Source: an uncultured delta proteobacterium
GTDB lineage: Bacteria; Desulfobacterota; Binatia; UBA9968
Reading direction: 5' to 3'
Assembly (NCBI GenBank): GCA_963816145.1
Contig: CAWFJP010000014.1
Span: 685,705 to 749,704 of the forward strand
Length of the DNA: 64,000 nucleotides
Positions 1 to 10,153 of this stretch are shown here, in pieces. The notes under the pieces are model-generated. The model saw nothing but the letters and a program-made list of their open reading frames with translations. It searched no databases and was not told the origin of the DNA. Positions within the stretch are counted from its first letter, which is position 1; the number at the start of each line of letters is the position of its first letter. A program made the position numbers and the translations under genes.

Positions 1-1
1 T

Positions 2-1234
2 CAAGAAGACGCGGTCAAGGCGATGGCCGACATGCCGGATGTGAGCCGTCATTCCAAGCCGGCGCCGGCGCAGGCCAATCCTGAAGCGCTGCGGCGCGCG
101 GCGGAGATGCTCGTCAATGCCAAGACACCGTTGATCGTCGCCGATATGGTCGGGCGCAACCCCAAGGCCGTGCCGATGCTGATCGAGCTAGCGGAAGCGC
201 TCGCCGCGCCGGTGCTCGACAGGGGCGCCCGCTTCAATTTCCCGGCGGTGCATCCGCTGGATGTGACCGACGGCGCTCGCGAGATTCTCCAGAGGGCGGA
301 TTTCATTTTGGCTCTCGATGTCGGCGACCTGTTTGGCGCCCTGACCACGGTGAGCAAGCAGACCCGTGAAAGCGAATATGTGACCACGCCCGGCGTCAAG
401 ATCGCCAGCATCTCGATGAACGATATGTTGGTTCACTCCTGGGCCAACGACTTCCAGGCGTTGCAGGCGATCGACGTTCCAATGACCGCCGATACTTCGG
501 TGGCGCTGCCGGAATTAACCCGGCTGTGCCGCGAATTGATCAGCAAAGACAGCGCCAAGAAGGCGACCGTCGAAGCGCGGCAAAAAGAGTTGGCGGATAA
601 GCATAAGAGCCGCCGGGCAAAATGGCTGGCCGACGCGCAAGCGAAGGGCTCACAGAAAGATATTTCCACCGCCTGGTTGGCGCTGGAGATCGGCGAAGCG
701 ATCAAGCGCGAAGATTGGGTGTGCGTCAACGGCACATCGAACGGCTGGACGCGCCGGCTGTGGGACTTCAGCAAGCCCAATCAGTCCCTCGGCGGCAGCG
801 GCGGCGCCGGTCTCGGCTACGGCCCGGGCGCGTCGATCGGCGCAGCGTTGGCGCTTAAAGGCAGCGGCAAGCTCGCGGTGGCGATCCAGTCCGACGGCGA
901 CATGCTGATGACTTCGAGCGCGGTTTGGACCGCGGCCAAGCACCGCATTCCGCTGCTCATGGTCATGCACAACAACCAGTCCTACTATAATTCCGAAGAG
1001 CACGGCATCGAAGTCGCCAAGTTCCGCAAGCGGCCGGTGGAGAACGCGCCGATCGGCACCCATGTCGACGACCCAGAGATCGACTTCGCCATGATGGCGA
1101 AATCCTTCGGCGTCAACAGCGAAGGACCGATCCGCAACCCGGCGGACCTTCGGCCGGCCATCGAGCGCGGCGTCAAGTACGTCAAAGAGAAGCAGCTGCC
1201 GTACCTGGTCGACGTCATCGCCGAACCGCGCTAG
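2..1234 (+). CDS. Thiamine pyrophosphate-dependent enzyme (acetolactate synthase/benzoylformate decarboxylase-like), 5'-partial
   Basis: Middle and C-terminal TPP domains: GGAGLGYG, TPP motif QSDGD...HNN; frame is open to the window edge. Confidence 0.85.
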   Translation, partial: QEDAVKAMADMPDVSRHSKPAPAQANPEALRRAAEMLVNAKTPLIVADMVGRNPKAVPMLIELAEALAAPVLDRGARFNFPAVHPLDVTDGAREILQRADFILALDVGDLFGALTTVSKQTRESEYVTTPGVKIASISMNDMLVHSWANDFQALQAIDVPMTADTSVALPELTRLCRELISKDSAKKATVEARQKELADKHKSRRAKWLADAQAKGSQKDISTAWLALEIGEAIKREDWVCVNGTSNGWTRRLWDFSKPNQSLGGSGGAGLGYGPGASIGAALALKGSGKLAVAIQSDGDMLMTSSAVWTAAKHRIPLLMVMHNNQSYYNSEEHGIEVAKFRKRPVENAPIGTHVDDPEIDFAMMAKSFGVNSEGPIRNPADLRPAIERGVKYVKEKQLPYLVDVIAEPR

Positions 1235-1269
1235 AGAAGTTTGAGCCGGGGGAATCCGAGAAAATTCCT

Positions 1270-1349
1270 CACCACGAAGGACACGAAGAGCACGAAGTTC
1301 GGAAAACTAATTTTCTGAAACCTTCGTGTCCTTCGTGATTTTCGTGGTG
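1270..1349. repeat. REP-like intergenic palindrome built of CACGAAG units
   Basis: caccacgaaggacacgaagagcacgaag (1270-1297) is an imperfect inverted repeat of cttcgtgtccttcgtgattttcgtggtg (1322-1349). Confidence 0.75.
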
Positions 1350-1414
1350 GATAAAGATCTTGAGATCTCGCCAGGCGATTCGCGCTCGAGAACAGAGCCC
1401 CAAACAATTGCACA

Positions 1415-2248
1415 TTGGTTACCGATCCCTACCGAGAATTTCGTCAAGCCGTCGAGCGGCCGGAAGAAAGCATCGATCTCGGCCGCGCCGCGCTGGCCAT
1501 CGCGCTCGCCGATTATCCCGATCTCGACATCGCCGGTTATCTCCGGCGCATCGACGAACTGGCCGTCGCGGTCAGCCAGCGCTCGGGCGCCGACGGCGAT
1601 GTTTATCGCTCGATCGCCGCGCTTAATTACGTCCTGTTCAAGGAGCAGGGCTTCCGCGGCAATCGCGACGATTACTACGATCCCAAGAATAGCTTCTTGA
1701 ATGAGGTCATTGAGCGCAAGCGCGGCCTGCCGATCACGCTGTCGATTCTCTACATGGAAGTGGGGCAGCGCATTGGTCTCGCCATCGAAGGCGTCGGTTT
1801 CCCCGGTCATTTTCTGGTCAAGACCAAGTCCGCGGGTGATGAGATTGTCATCGATCCGTTCAATGGCGGCGATGTCAAGTCCTTTGAAGAGTTGCAGGCC
1901 ATGCTCGATCAAATCTACGGCGGCAAAGTGCGCCTCGATCGAGACCTCCTCACCGCACTGCCGAAAAAACAGATCCTCAAGCGCATGCTCGGCAATCTGA
2001 AGGCGATCTATGGGCGGCGCGACGAGCTGGTCAAGATGCTGGCCGTGCTCGACCGTCTGATTATTCTCGATCCCGGCTCGGTGGAGGAAGTACGCGACCG
2101 CGGCGCGGTCTATCTACGGCTCGAGTGCTACGGGCAGGCGAAGGACGATTTTGAAACTTACTTGCGTTTGGCACCGAATGCCAAAGACGCCGCGGCAATT
2201 CGCGAGCAGTTGGTCGAACTAGCGAAGCGCGCCGTTCTGATTCACTGA
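1415..2248 (+). CDS. SirB1/YchA-like protein (transglutaminase-like core plus TPR)
   Basis: FRGNRDDYYDPKNSFLNEVIERKRGLPITLS, GVGFPGHFLV, IDPFNGG; TPR-like C-terminus. Confidence 0.88.
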   Translation: MVTDPYREFRQAVERPEESIDLGRAALAIALADYPDLDIAGYLRRIDELAVAVSQRSGADGDVYRSIAALNYVLFKEQGFRGNRDDYYDPKNSFLNEVIERKRGLPITLSILYMEVGQRIGLAIEGVGFPGHFLVKTKSAGDEIVIDPFNGGDVKSFEELQAMLDQIYGGKVRLDRDLLTALPKKQILKRMLGNLKAIYGRRDELVKMLAVLDRLIILDPGSVEEVRDRGAVYLRLECYGQAKDDFETYLRLAPNAKDAAAIREQLVELAKRAVLIH

Positions 2249-2288
2249 TTCGCCAGGCACGCTGACAATTTCGATGCGCCAGTGTTGG

Positions 2289-4499
2289 TTACGCTCCTAA
2301 GTTCGAAAACTCTTTGAAGGTAGCAGCGAAGGAGCGGGTCAGAAACAAGTCGTGTAACACCGCGCGGGTTAACTGCAAAGGTCGTATTGCCCAGAGCTTG
2401 TGGGCCTTGAGATTTGCTACGCTCTCGCTCCAAATACGCTGGAGCTCCTGGCGCGAATAGACCACCCGGTCGTTGATGGCGTCGTACTTCATCAGCCTGA
2501 GTTGCGCCTTCGATGGCAGTGAGTCGCGCACCCGCTGATAGGCGTCTTGCCACTCGTTTATGCGATCGCTGATGCGGATGTTGGTCTGAATCTGCTGCAT
2601 CTCCTCGAGCCATTTGCGCGTGGTCTCCGATTCGACCAGCCGAAGCTCCTGGATGTTTTGGCGCAGTTGCTCCCATTGCTTTAAAAAGCGATTGAGATCG
2701 CGCCGGCTGTAGAGGATCCGCGACGATAGGTCGTCGAGCGGGGCGAGGAGCGTTCTTACGCGGTCCGGCAAGACATCCTTGGCATTGTTGTAAAGGCTCT
2801 GGATCTCGCCGATGCGCAGGACGTTCCAGATGTCGGATTGGACTTTTTCAATCTGGCCGAGCCAGCGCTCTTCGGTCTCGCTTTTCTTACGGGTCTGCAG
2901 CCAGACCTCTTCCATCTCCTTGACGAACTTCGCCCAGGTGATCAAGAGCGCAGTGATTTCTTTGCCGCGCTTCCACAGATGCACGGGAAGCGAGTCGACG
3001 GCGTAACCGGGCCGGCGGACTTTTCGATCCTTCAAGCGGAAGAAGCCGGCGACCATGGGGTGCTGCTTCTCGATCAAGGCGGCGTTCTTGTACCAGAAAA
3101 AGATCGACATTAGATTCCAATAGTTCTTTGGATGATTGGTCCACTTGGACAACGACTTGATCATGTTCTCTTTGCTGTAGAACGTCTGCCAAGCGGCCTC
3201 ATAGGCCTCGGACCATTCTTGCGCCGACATTAGCGGGTGGGCGATGGTGGCGTGAAATGAGTCGCGTTTGTTGAAGTCTGGGTCCATCCAGTCGCCGCGT
3301 TTTTTCATTTCACGATGGTCATGGGAGCCGGGCAGCGGCGTCAGCATGAAGAATGACGCTTGATCTGGCTCCACCACGTCCTTGAGAAAACGCATGTCTT
3401 CGGCGACTTGCTCCTTGCTGTCCCATGGCAGGCCGATGATGTAGCCGGTATGGACGAGCACGCCGGCGTCGTGCCATTCCTTAATGATGGCGCGGTATTC
3501 GTCGACCTTGTTTTGCTTCTTGCCTTCGGCGGCCAAGTTCTGCGGGTTGACGCTTTCCATGCCGATGAAGACTTGCGTGCAGCCGGCTTTGGCGGCCAGG
3601 GTGACGAAGTCTTTCGGCTTGCGCGCCAAGTCGACTTGCATCATGAAGGTGATGTCGTGCCCTTCCTCGCGTAGTTTGATGATTTCCTCGAAGGTCTCGC
3701 GCCAGAGTTTCTTGCGCGCGAAATTGTCATCGGTGAAAAAATAGAAGGTGAGGCCGTTCGCCAAATTGCGCCGCATCATCGCCGCGATGCTCTCCGGGCT
3801 GCGCTCGCGCATCTTGCGCCCTTGGACGTTGATGATGGTGCAGAAACTGCACGAGAACGGACAGCCGCGCGAGGTGTCGGCGGTGGCGAAGCTCGGGTAG
3901 GCGAAGTGGCGCATGGTTTTCGCGCTGGTGCGCGGCAACGGCGCCTCGCCGATGTCGACCAAATTTTGCAAATCCTGGGCGAAGCTGTAGAGCGGCTTTA
4001 ACTGGCCGCGAAGGAAGTCGGCCAGGATGGTTTCCCATCTGCCTTCGACTTCGCCGGACACGACGCAAATACCCTCTCGATAAAGCGCCTGGATCTCCGG
4101 CTCCTGGTCGCTCAGCATATTGATCGTGCCGCTGGTGTGAAAGCCGCCAATGATGACGGAGATCCCTGCGGCGCGAAACTGGCGCGACATATCGACGGCG
4201 CGGGGAAATTGATTGGTTTGTACGCCGACCATGCACACCAACAACGTGGTGCCGGGTTCTTTGCTCCAGCGGATGATTTTGCCCACCGGTACCTTTTCGG
4301 CGGTTTCATCGAAGGTGGTCACTTCAATGTTGAGCTTGCCGAATACGCGCCGTTCTTTGAGATCTTCGGTCAAGCCATGCAGGACGTTGAGCGTATTGCT
4401 CGGCAGTACGCCTTTCCAAAATCGAATCAGATAGCCGTCGTCGTCATACTTGGAAGGCTTGATCAAAATGATCTGAAATTTTTCGATTTGTTGCAGCAT
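2289..4499 (-). CDS. Cobalamin-binding (class B-like) radical SAM protein with long helical C-terminal extension
   Basis: SRGCPFSCSFC CxxxCxxC, FFTDDNF, FIGMES, TPLPGS; GGAGGTG RBS before ATG 4499. Confidence 0.85.
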   Translation of the reverse strand: MLQQIEKFQIILIKPSKYDDDGYLIRFWKGVLPSNTLNVLHGLTEDLKERRVFGKLNIEVTTFDETAEKVPVGKIIRWSKEPGTTLLVCMVGVQTNQFPRAVDMSRQFRAAGISVIIGGFHTSGTINMLSDQEPEIQALYREGICVVSGEVEGRWETILADFLRGQLKPLYSFAQDLQNLVDIGEAPLPRTSAKTMRHFAYPSFATADTSRGCPFSCSFCTIINVQGRKMRERSPESIAAMMRRNLANGLTFYFFTDDNFARKKLWRETFEEIIKLREEGHDITFMMQVDLARKPKDFVTLAAKAGCTQVFIGMESVNPQNLAAEGKKQNKVDEYRAIIKEWHDAGVLVHTGYIIGLPWDSKEQVAEDMRFLKDVVEPDQASFFMLTPLPGSHDHREMKKRGDWMDPDFNKRDSFHATIAHPLMSAQEWSEAYEAAWQTFYSKENMIKSLSKWTNHPKNYWNLMSIFFWYKNAALIEKQHPMVAGFFRLKDRKVRRPGYAVDSLPVHLWKRGKEITALLITWAKFVKEMEEVWLQTRKKSETEERWLGQIEKVQSDIWNVLRIGEIQSLYNNAKDVLPDRVRTLLAPLDDLSSRILYSRRDLNRFLKQWEQLRQNIQELRLVESETTRKWLEEMQQIQTNIRISDRINEWQDAYQRVRDSLPSKAQLRLMKYDAINDRVVYSRQELQRIWSESVANLKAHKLWAIRPLQLTRAVLHDLFLTRSFAATFKEFSNLGA

Positions 4500-4577
4500 C
4501 GGACTGGTCACCTCCCGAATGCTTGTAAGTGATGGGCGCATCTTTTATAGATGAACGAGGAGTGAGGAATTTTCGCG

Positions 4578-4606
4578 AATGTAACAACCGGGGTTGTCCC
4601 TGTCAA
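4578..4606 (-). promoter_or_regulatory. Sigma70-type promoter of the radical SAM gene
   Basis: Minus strand TTGACA-17 nt-TACATT with TGn extension; spacer holds palindrome acaacc-gg-ggttgt. Confidence 0.65.
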
Positions 4607-4657
4607 GGAGAAATTCCCCTTTAATCATGACCTCTCCGGCGGTATTTTCTCATCGGA

Positions 4658-5347
4658 ATGATCCAATTCCAGCATGTTGAGAAGCGCTACGCGCCCGCGA
4701 TACGCGCCCTCAACGACATCAACCTAGAGATTGACACAGGCGAGTTGGTTTTGCTGAGCGGCGCCAACGGCGCCGGCAAATCGACTTTGCTTAAGCTCAT
4801 CTACCGTGAAGAAGAGCCGAGTTCGGGGAATGTCCTGTTCGAAGGGCAGAATCTCAAGTCGTTCGATAGCCGCGCCGTGGCCGGGCTACGGCGCAGAGTG
4901 GGGCTGGTTTTTCAAGAGTTCAAGCTGCTGGCGAACTTGAGCGCGATGGAAAATATTGCGCTGGCGGCGGAAGTAGCCGGCGTGACCAAGAACGCCGCTC
5001 GTGGTCGAGCCCTTCAGCTGTTGCGCGATCTCGGTTTGGCATCGCGTCGCGATGCCAAACCGGATTCTTTGTCCGGTGGCGAACAGCAGCGGATCGCCAT
5101 CGCGCGCGCGCTAGTGAACCGACCGATTCTTATACTAGCTGATGAACCCACCGGCAATCTCGATGATGTCGCCGCGCGCGAGACGTTGCGGCTGTTCAAA
5201 GATGTTCAACAAAACGACACCACCATCGTAGTTGCCAGCCACGCTGTCGATCTTTTCAAGGAGATTGCAACCCGAGTGATACAGCTTGAACAGGGCAGGA
5301 TTGTCGCCGATTCGGCCGGCAGCGGAGCGGCAGAGTGGCGAATGTAA
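4658..5347 (+). CDS. ftsE: Cell division ATP-binding protein FtsE
   Basis: Walker [26 protein letters not shown]; upstream of ftsX-envC. Confidence 0.9.
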   Translation: MIQFQHVEKRYAPAIRALNDINLEIDTGELVLLSGANGAGKSTLLKLIYREEEPSSGNVLFEGQNLKSFDSRAVAGLRRRVGLVFQEFKLLANLSAMENIALAAEVAGVTKNAARGRALQLLRDLGLASRRDAKPDSLSGGEQQRIAIARALVNRPILILADEPTGNLDDVAARETLRLFKDVQQNDTTIVVASHAVDLFKEIATRVIQLEQGRIVADSAGSGAAEWRM

Positions 5348-6264
5348 TGGCCGTGATGGGGTTTGTCGCCCGGCGTGCCGGTCATGGGCTCGGGCAGTTT
5401 TTCGGGACCTTTGTCCTGACCGGTTTTACCATCGCGCTAACTCTTGGAGTGTTTGGCGGCTTCTTGTTGCTCCAGTTGAATTTGGCACAACTTTTACGCG
5501 GCTGGGGCGATCAGATTCAATTGACCGCCTATCTTTCGCCATCTGTTGGCCCGGCTCAGTTGGACGCTTTGCTGGCAAGCCTGAAAAGCTACCCTGAGGT
5601 TGAGCGGGTGCGCCACACCGATCAGGAACAGGCTTGGCGCGATTTCCAGTCCGCTCTTGGCGCGCAAACGGGGTTGCTCGACGGACTGCCGCGAAACGTT
5701 TTGCCGGCGTCGGTTGCAATTACCCTGCGGCCGGATTTCCGCGATAGCTCTGCGATCGAACAACTGGTCGAGCGTCTAAAGAGACAAAAGGAATTGACCC
5801 AAATCGATTATCCGCAGCAATGGGTGGAGAAGTTGGCTTTGGTGGTCGCGGCGTTGCAATGGCTCAAATGGTTGGTTGCCGGGGTGCTTTTCCTGGCGAC
5901 TTTCTTCATCGTCACGCGCATGGTCAAACTAGCCGTGCTGGCGCGGCGCCAGGAGATCGAGGTGATGCAGTTGGTCGGCGCCACTGAAACCCTAATCCAG
6001 GCGCCTTTGGCGATCGAAGGCCTGTTCCAAGGACTGCTCGGGTCGGTCGGCGCCCTGGCGATCCTCTGGGGCGTTTACCGCTTGCTGCGCGACGATCCAG
6101 CAGGGTTGTCCGGTCTCATTCCGGCGCTCAGCCGGATGGAGTTTCTCGATGGGCTAAGCATCGTCTTGATATTGTCCATCGGTGCGACGCTCGGAGTTTC
6201 GGCGAGCTTATTTGCGTTACAGGGGATGGTTCGTTCGTGGAAAGTTTCTCGTCCCGCGCGCTAA
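5347..6264 (+). CDS. ftsX: Cell division permease FtsX
   Basis: Four TM layout, NVLPAS, RRQEIEVMQLVGAT; start inferred from TAATG overlap with ftsE. Confidence 0.9.
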   Translation: MAVMGFVARRAGHGLGQFFGTFVLTGFTIALTLGVFGGFLLLQLNLAQLLRGWGDQIQLTAYLSPSVGPAQLDALLASLKSYPEVERVRHTDQEQAWRDFQSALGAQTGLLDGLPRNVLPASVAITLRPDFRDSSAIEQLVERLKRQKELTQIDYPQQWVEKLALVVAALQWLKWLVAGVLFLATFFIVTRMVKLAVLARRQEIEVMQLVGATETLIQAPLAIEGLFQGLLGSVGALAILWGVYRLLRDDPAGLSGLIPALSRMEFLDGLSIVLILSIGATLGVSASLFALQGMVRSWKVSRPAR

Positions 6265-7406
6265 TCGCTGCGCTGCTGTTGGTGATTGCCGCCCGCGGCG
6301 AGTTGCCCGGTGCGGTTGCCGAGAGAGATCTCGAAGGGATCAAGAGAAGAATCCAAAACGAAAAGAAAGGATTATCGCAGCTACAATTCAAAGAGGGCGG
6401 CGTGCTCAAATCCCTCGGCAAAATCGAAGACGATCTCGAAAGAAAATCCAGGGAACTCAAGATCGCCGATGCCCGACATACCTCAATTCTCGGCACGATT
6501 CATAAGACTGAGATCGAGGCCGACAGGTTGCGCGGCTCGATTTCCCAGCGCGAGGATTGGTTCCGCCAACGGGCGGTTGCGCTCTATCGCTGGCAACGCA
6601 GCGGCAATCCTTTTTGGTTTGTCGATGGGCCAATCGATTTGACTGCAACGCTGCAACGCAAACGCTATCTTGAAGCGACGCTCGCTTTCGACCGGGAACT
6701 GATCGCCGACTTGCAGAGCCAAAGCCGGCGCCAGGAAGTCTTGAGAGTGCAGCTCAGCGAGCAGAAAAATCGATTGGCGGCGCAGAAGAAAGTGCTGGTG
6801 TTGGCTCGTGCCGCGGTAGCGCAGGAGGCGGGCAAGAAAAAGAGCCTGTTGGCGAGCCTGCGCCAAGAAAAAGACACCCGGCTCAAAGCCTTGCGCGAAA
6901 TGGAAGCGGCGGCGCAGCGGCTGCAAAAAATGCTTGAAGACATTGCGCGCCGACGAAATGTTCGGCCGAACGAAGCACCGGCGCCGCCTTCGACGGGCCG
7001 CGGCCTCGATGCCTTGCTCGGCCAGATGGACTGGCCGGTAAAGGGGCTGGTGAGCGCGCCCTTTGGCAAATTCAAGCATCCCGAGTTTGCCACCGAGCTG
7101 GTGCGCAAAGGCATCGACATCGATGCGCCGCTCGGCGAAGCGGTCCGCGCGGTCGAAAAGGGCCGGGTAGTATTCGCCGACCGGTTTACCGGCTACGGCC
7201 GCATGGTGATCGTCGACCATGGCGAGCGTTACTACACAATTTACGCTCATCTTTCTGAAATCATTAGGAAAACCGGTGAAGAGCTACGGCGAGGCGAGAT
7301 TCTCGGGCGGGTTGGTGACAGCGATTCGCTGAGCGGCGCCAAACTTTATTTTGAGCTGCGCAAGGATGGCCGCTCTGTCGATCCACTACCATGGCTGAGG
7401 AAGTGA
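6237..7406 (+). CDS. envC: Murein hydrolase activator EnvC (coiled coil plus M23 domain)
   Basis: Coiled coil, WPVKG, KGIDI, YAHL, LYFELR (degenerate LytM); ftsEX context. Confidence 0.85.
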   Translation: MESFSSRALIAALLLVIAARGELPGAVAERDLEGIKRRIQNEKKGLSQLQFKEGGVLKSLGKIEDDLERKSRELKIADARHTSILGTIHKTEIEADRLRGSISQREDWFRQRAVALYRWQRSGNPFWFVDGPIDLTATLQRKRYLEATLAFDRELIADLQSQSRRQEVLRVQLSEQKNRLAAQKKVLVLARAAVAQEAGKKKSLLASLRQEKDTRLKALREMEAAAQRLQKMLEDIARRRNVRPNEAPAPPSTGRGLDALLGQMDWPVKGLVSAPFGKFKHPEFATELVRKGIDIDAPLGEAVRAVEKGRVVFADRFTGYGRMVIVDHGERYYTIYAHLSEIIRKTGEELRRGEILGRVGDSDSLSGAKLYFELRKDGRSVDPLPWLRK

Positions 7407-7473
7407 TAGCTATTCCAAAAACATTGAGCTAGAATTGGCAACTAGTTGTCAGCCAATATTAGGGAGAAATTTC

Positions 7474-8835
7474 ATGCAACTCGTGAAAAGACATGGAACG
7501 CCATTGCTACTGATCGTACTTGGCATCGGCATCGGTTTTTTCCTCTCGGCCCAATGGGTGCCCAATGTATCGGCCGTCGGGCGGCAAGACTACGAGAGCC
7601 TGGAGGCGTTCAGCAACATTCTTTCCATAGTTAAGAAAAACTACGTCGAGGATGTCGAGACCAAAAACTTGGTCAGCGGCGCCATCAACGGCATGTTGAG
7701 TTCTCTCGATCCGCATAGCGCCTACTTGACGCCCGATCTTTACAAGGATTTGCAGAGCGATACCCAGGGACGTTTCGGCGGATTGGGCATTGAGATCACC
7801 GTCAAGGGCGGCATTCTTACGGTCGTATCCCCCATCGAAGATACCCCGGCTTTCAAAGCTGGCATCCAGCCGGGCGATCAGATTTTCAAAATCGAAGACG
7901 AGTTTACCAAGGATATGTCGTTGGTTGACGCGGTAAAAAAGATGCGCGGTTTGAAGGGCACTAAAATCAATCTGACGATCCGGCGCGAAGGCGCCGCCGA
8001 TTTGATCGATGTCTCGATGATTCGTGACGTCATTCGGGTACAGAGCGTGAAAAGCCGCACATTAGAACCTGGTTACGGCTATGTTCGCCTGGCGCAGTTT
8101 CAAGAACGCAGCGACCGGGATGTGCAGCGCGCTTTGGAAAAATTGGCGGCCGAGAAAAGCGGCCTCAAAGGACTGGTTCTCGATCTCCGCAACAATCCCG
8201 GCGGTTTGTTGAATCAGGCGGTGCGGGTATCGGACCTGTTTCTTGACTCTGGCCTGATCGTTTACACCGACGGCCGCATCGAGTCGCAAAAGCAAAAGTT
8301 CTTCGCCCAAAAGGAAGGGACCTGGATGGATTTCCCACTGGTTGTTCTGGTCAACGGCGGCAGCGCCAGCGCTTCTGAGATTGTCGCCGGCGCGCTGCAA
8401 GATCACAAGCGGGCGGTGGTGCTTGGTACCAAGACTTTCGGCAAAGGGTCGGTGCAGACAATCTTGCCGTTGGATGATAATTCGGCGCTGCGGCTGACCA
8501 CGGCGCGCTATTTCACGCCCAAGGGCCGGTCGATTCAGGCCACTGGTATCGTTCCGGATATCGTGATCGAAAATATCGTACTCCAGGACGGCAAACCGGA
8601 CGAACGAAAACGGCCGAGTTTGCGTGAGGAGAACTTGCCGGGCCACCTGAACAACCCGCAGCAAGACTCGGCTAAAGAACAAGAGCAAATCGATCGCGAG
8701 CGGGAAAAGCAGATTCCGACCTCCGGGCCCACCGGGGACGAGACCATCGATAACGATCAGCAGCTCAAACGCGCTCTCGATCTGTTGAAGAGTTGGGATG
8801 TCTTCAAACAGGTGGTGCAGAAAAAGGCTGCGTAA
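7474..8835 (+). CDS. ctpA: Carboxyl-terminal processing protease (S41)
   Basis: LDPHS, GLGIEI PDZ, DLRNNPGG, SASASEI, TFGKGSVQ. Confidence 0.93.
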   Translation: MQLVKRHGTPLLLIVLGIGIGFFLSAQWVPNVSAVGRQDYESLEAFSNILSIVKKNYVEDVETKNLVSGAINGMLSSLDPHSAYLTPDLYKDLQSDTQGRFGGLGIEITVKGGILTVVSPIEDTPAFKAGIQPGDQIFKIEDEFTKDMSLVDAVKKMRGLKGTKINLTIRREGAADLIDVSMIRDVIRVQSVKSRTLEPGYGYVRLAQFQERSDRDVQRALEKLAAEKSGLKGLVLDLRNNPGGLLNQAVRVSDLFLDSGLIVYTDGRIESQKQKFFAQKEGTWMDFPLVVLVNGGSASASEIVAGALQDHKRAVVLGTKTFGKGSVQTILPLDDNSALRLTTARYFTPKGRSIQATGIVPDIVIENIVLQDGKPDERKRPSLREENLPGHLNNPQQDSAKEQEQIDREREKQIPTSGPTGDETIDNDQQLKRALDLLKSWDVFKQVVQKKAA

Positions 8836-8859
8836 CTTTTCGAACAAGACTGTCTGGAT

Positions 8860-8894
8860 AAAAAAGGCCTTCCTCTCGGAGGGCCTTTTTTTTT
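8860..8894 (+). terminator. Rho-independent terminator (possibly bidirectional)
   Basis: aaaaaaggccttcc-tctc-ggagggcc followed by a T9 run, after the ctpA stop. Confidence 0.8.
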
Positions 8895-8913
8895 GTGTTA
8901 CAGTCGCTGCATT

Positions 8914-10152
8914 ATGGCGCGTCCCACTGCCAAAGAAGTCGATCTTCCATTGTTCGCCGGCGAGTCCCCCAAGTTTCTGAGCGTGAGCGAACTCAATGAG
9001 CGGATCAAAGGCACGCTGGAGTCTCGACTCGATGCGCTCTGGGTGCAGGGCGAAATCTCTAACTTTCGCATGCCGCCTTCGGGTCATTTCTATTTCACAC
9101 TCAAGGACGACAAAAGTCAGATCTCGGCGGTGATGTTTCGCCGCCAGGGGGGGATGCTGCGCTTCACGCCGGACAACGGCATGGCAGTGCTCTGTTTCGG
9201 CCGGGTGAGCCTCTACACGGTGCGCGGCGATTTGCAGCTTTACGTCGACGATATGGAGCCGCAAGGGCAGGGCGCGTTGGCGCTGGCCTTCGAGCAGCTG
9301 AAAAAAAAGCTTGCCGCTGAAGGATTGTTTGGCAGCGAAAGAAAGCGCGAGCTGCCGTTCCTGCCCCATTCCATCGGCATCGTCACCTCCGGTAAAGGCG
9401 CCGCATTGCATGACATGCTGCGTATCATCGGCGACCGCTATCCCGACCGGCGCATCGTCGTTTGTCCTGTAAAGGTCCAAGGCGATGGGGCGGCGCGGGA
9501 GATCACTGACGGTATTGACGGTCTCAATCGCTTCGGTGCCGTCGATGTGATCATCGTCGGCCGCGGGGGCGGCTCGTTGGAAGATCTCTGGGCATTCAAC
9601 GAGGAAGTCGTCGCCCGGGCGATCTTTGCCTCGCGAGTTCCGGTGGTCTCGGCGGTCGGCCATGAGATCGATTTTACCATCGCTGATTTCGTCGCCGACG
9701 CGCGCGCGCCGACGCCCACCGCGGCGGCCGAAATGGTCGTGCCGCGCAAGCGCGACCTCGCCGAGCAAATTGAAAATTTACAAAGCCGCTTGGCGAGCGG
9801 GATGGAGTTCAAACTCGACCAGCTGCGCGATTCCTTTCAGGGCCTGGTCAAGCGCTTGTCCGACCCCGGCCGCAAGCTGCGCGAGAATCAGCAGCGTGTC
9901 GATGAGTTGTCCGTCGACCTCTTGCGCCGTTTTCAAGAGCGCTTGCGCCAGTTGAAAGACCGCCTGGCCGAACGCGCTGGGCGCTTGGGCGCCCTCAGTC
10001 CTTTGGCGGTGCTAGATCGCGGCTATAGCATTACCCACAAGTTGCCCGAGGAGCTGATTGTCAAGAGTTCGGCGGAATTACAGGTTGGCGATCTGCTGCG
10101 TGTCCGCTTTGCCCAAGGCAAGGCCTTGTGCCGGGTGGAGGAGAAGGAGTGA
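8914..10152 (+). CDS. xseA: Exodeoxyribonuclease VII large subunit
   Basis: SGHFYFTLKD, GRGGGSLEDLWAFN, SAVGHEID, APTPTAAAE. Confidence 0.96.
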   Translation: MARPTAKEVDLPLFAGESPKFLSVSELNERIKGTLESRLDALWVQGEISNFRMPPSGHFYFTLKDDKSQISAVMFRRQGGMLRFTPDNGMAVLCFGRVSLYTVRGDLQLYVDDMEPQGQGALALAFEQLKKKLAAEGLFGSERKRELPFLPHSIGIVTSGKGAALHDMLRIIGDRYPDRRIVVCPVKVQGDGAAREITDGIDGLNRFGAVDVIIVGRGGGSLEDLWAFNEEVVARAIFASRVPVVSAVGHEIDFTIADFVADARAPTPTAAAEMVVPRKRDLAEQIENLQSRLASGMEFKLDQLRDSFQGLVKRLSDPGRKLRENQQRVDELSVDLLRRFQERLRQLKDRLAERAGRLGALSPLAVLDRGYSITHKLPEELIVKSSAELQVGDLLRVRFAQGKALCRVEEKE

Positions 10153-10153
10153 A

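Noticed and set aside
8062-9768. 568 aa antisense ORF, and similar ones at 37102-38394, 35261-36088 and 6483-7250
   Set aside because: Shadows of well-supported genes in GC-rich DNA; no recognisable motifs.
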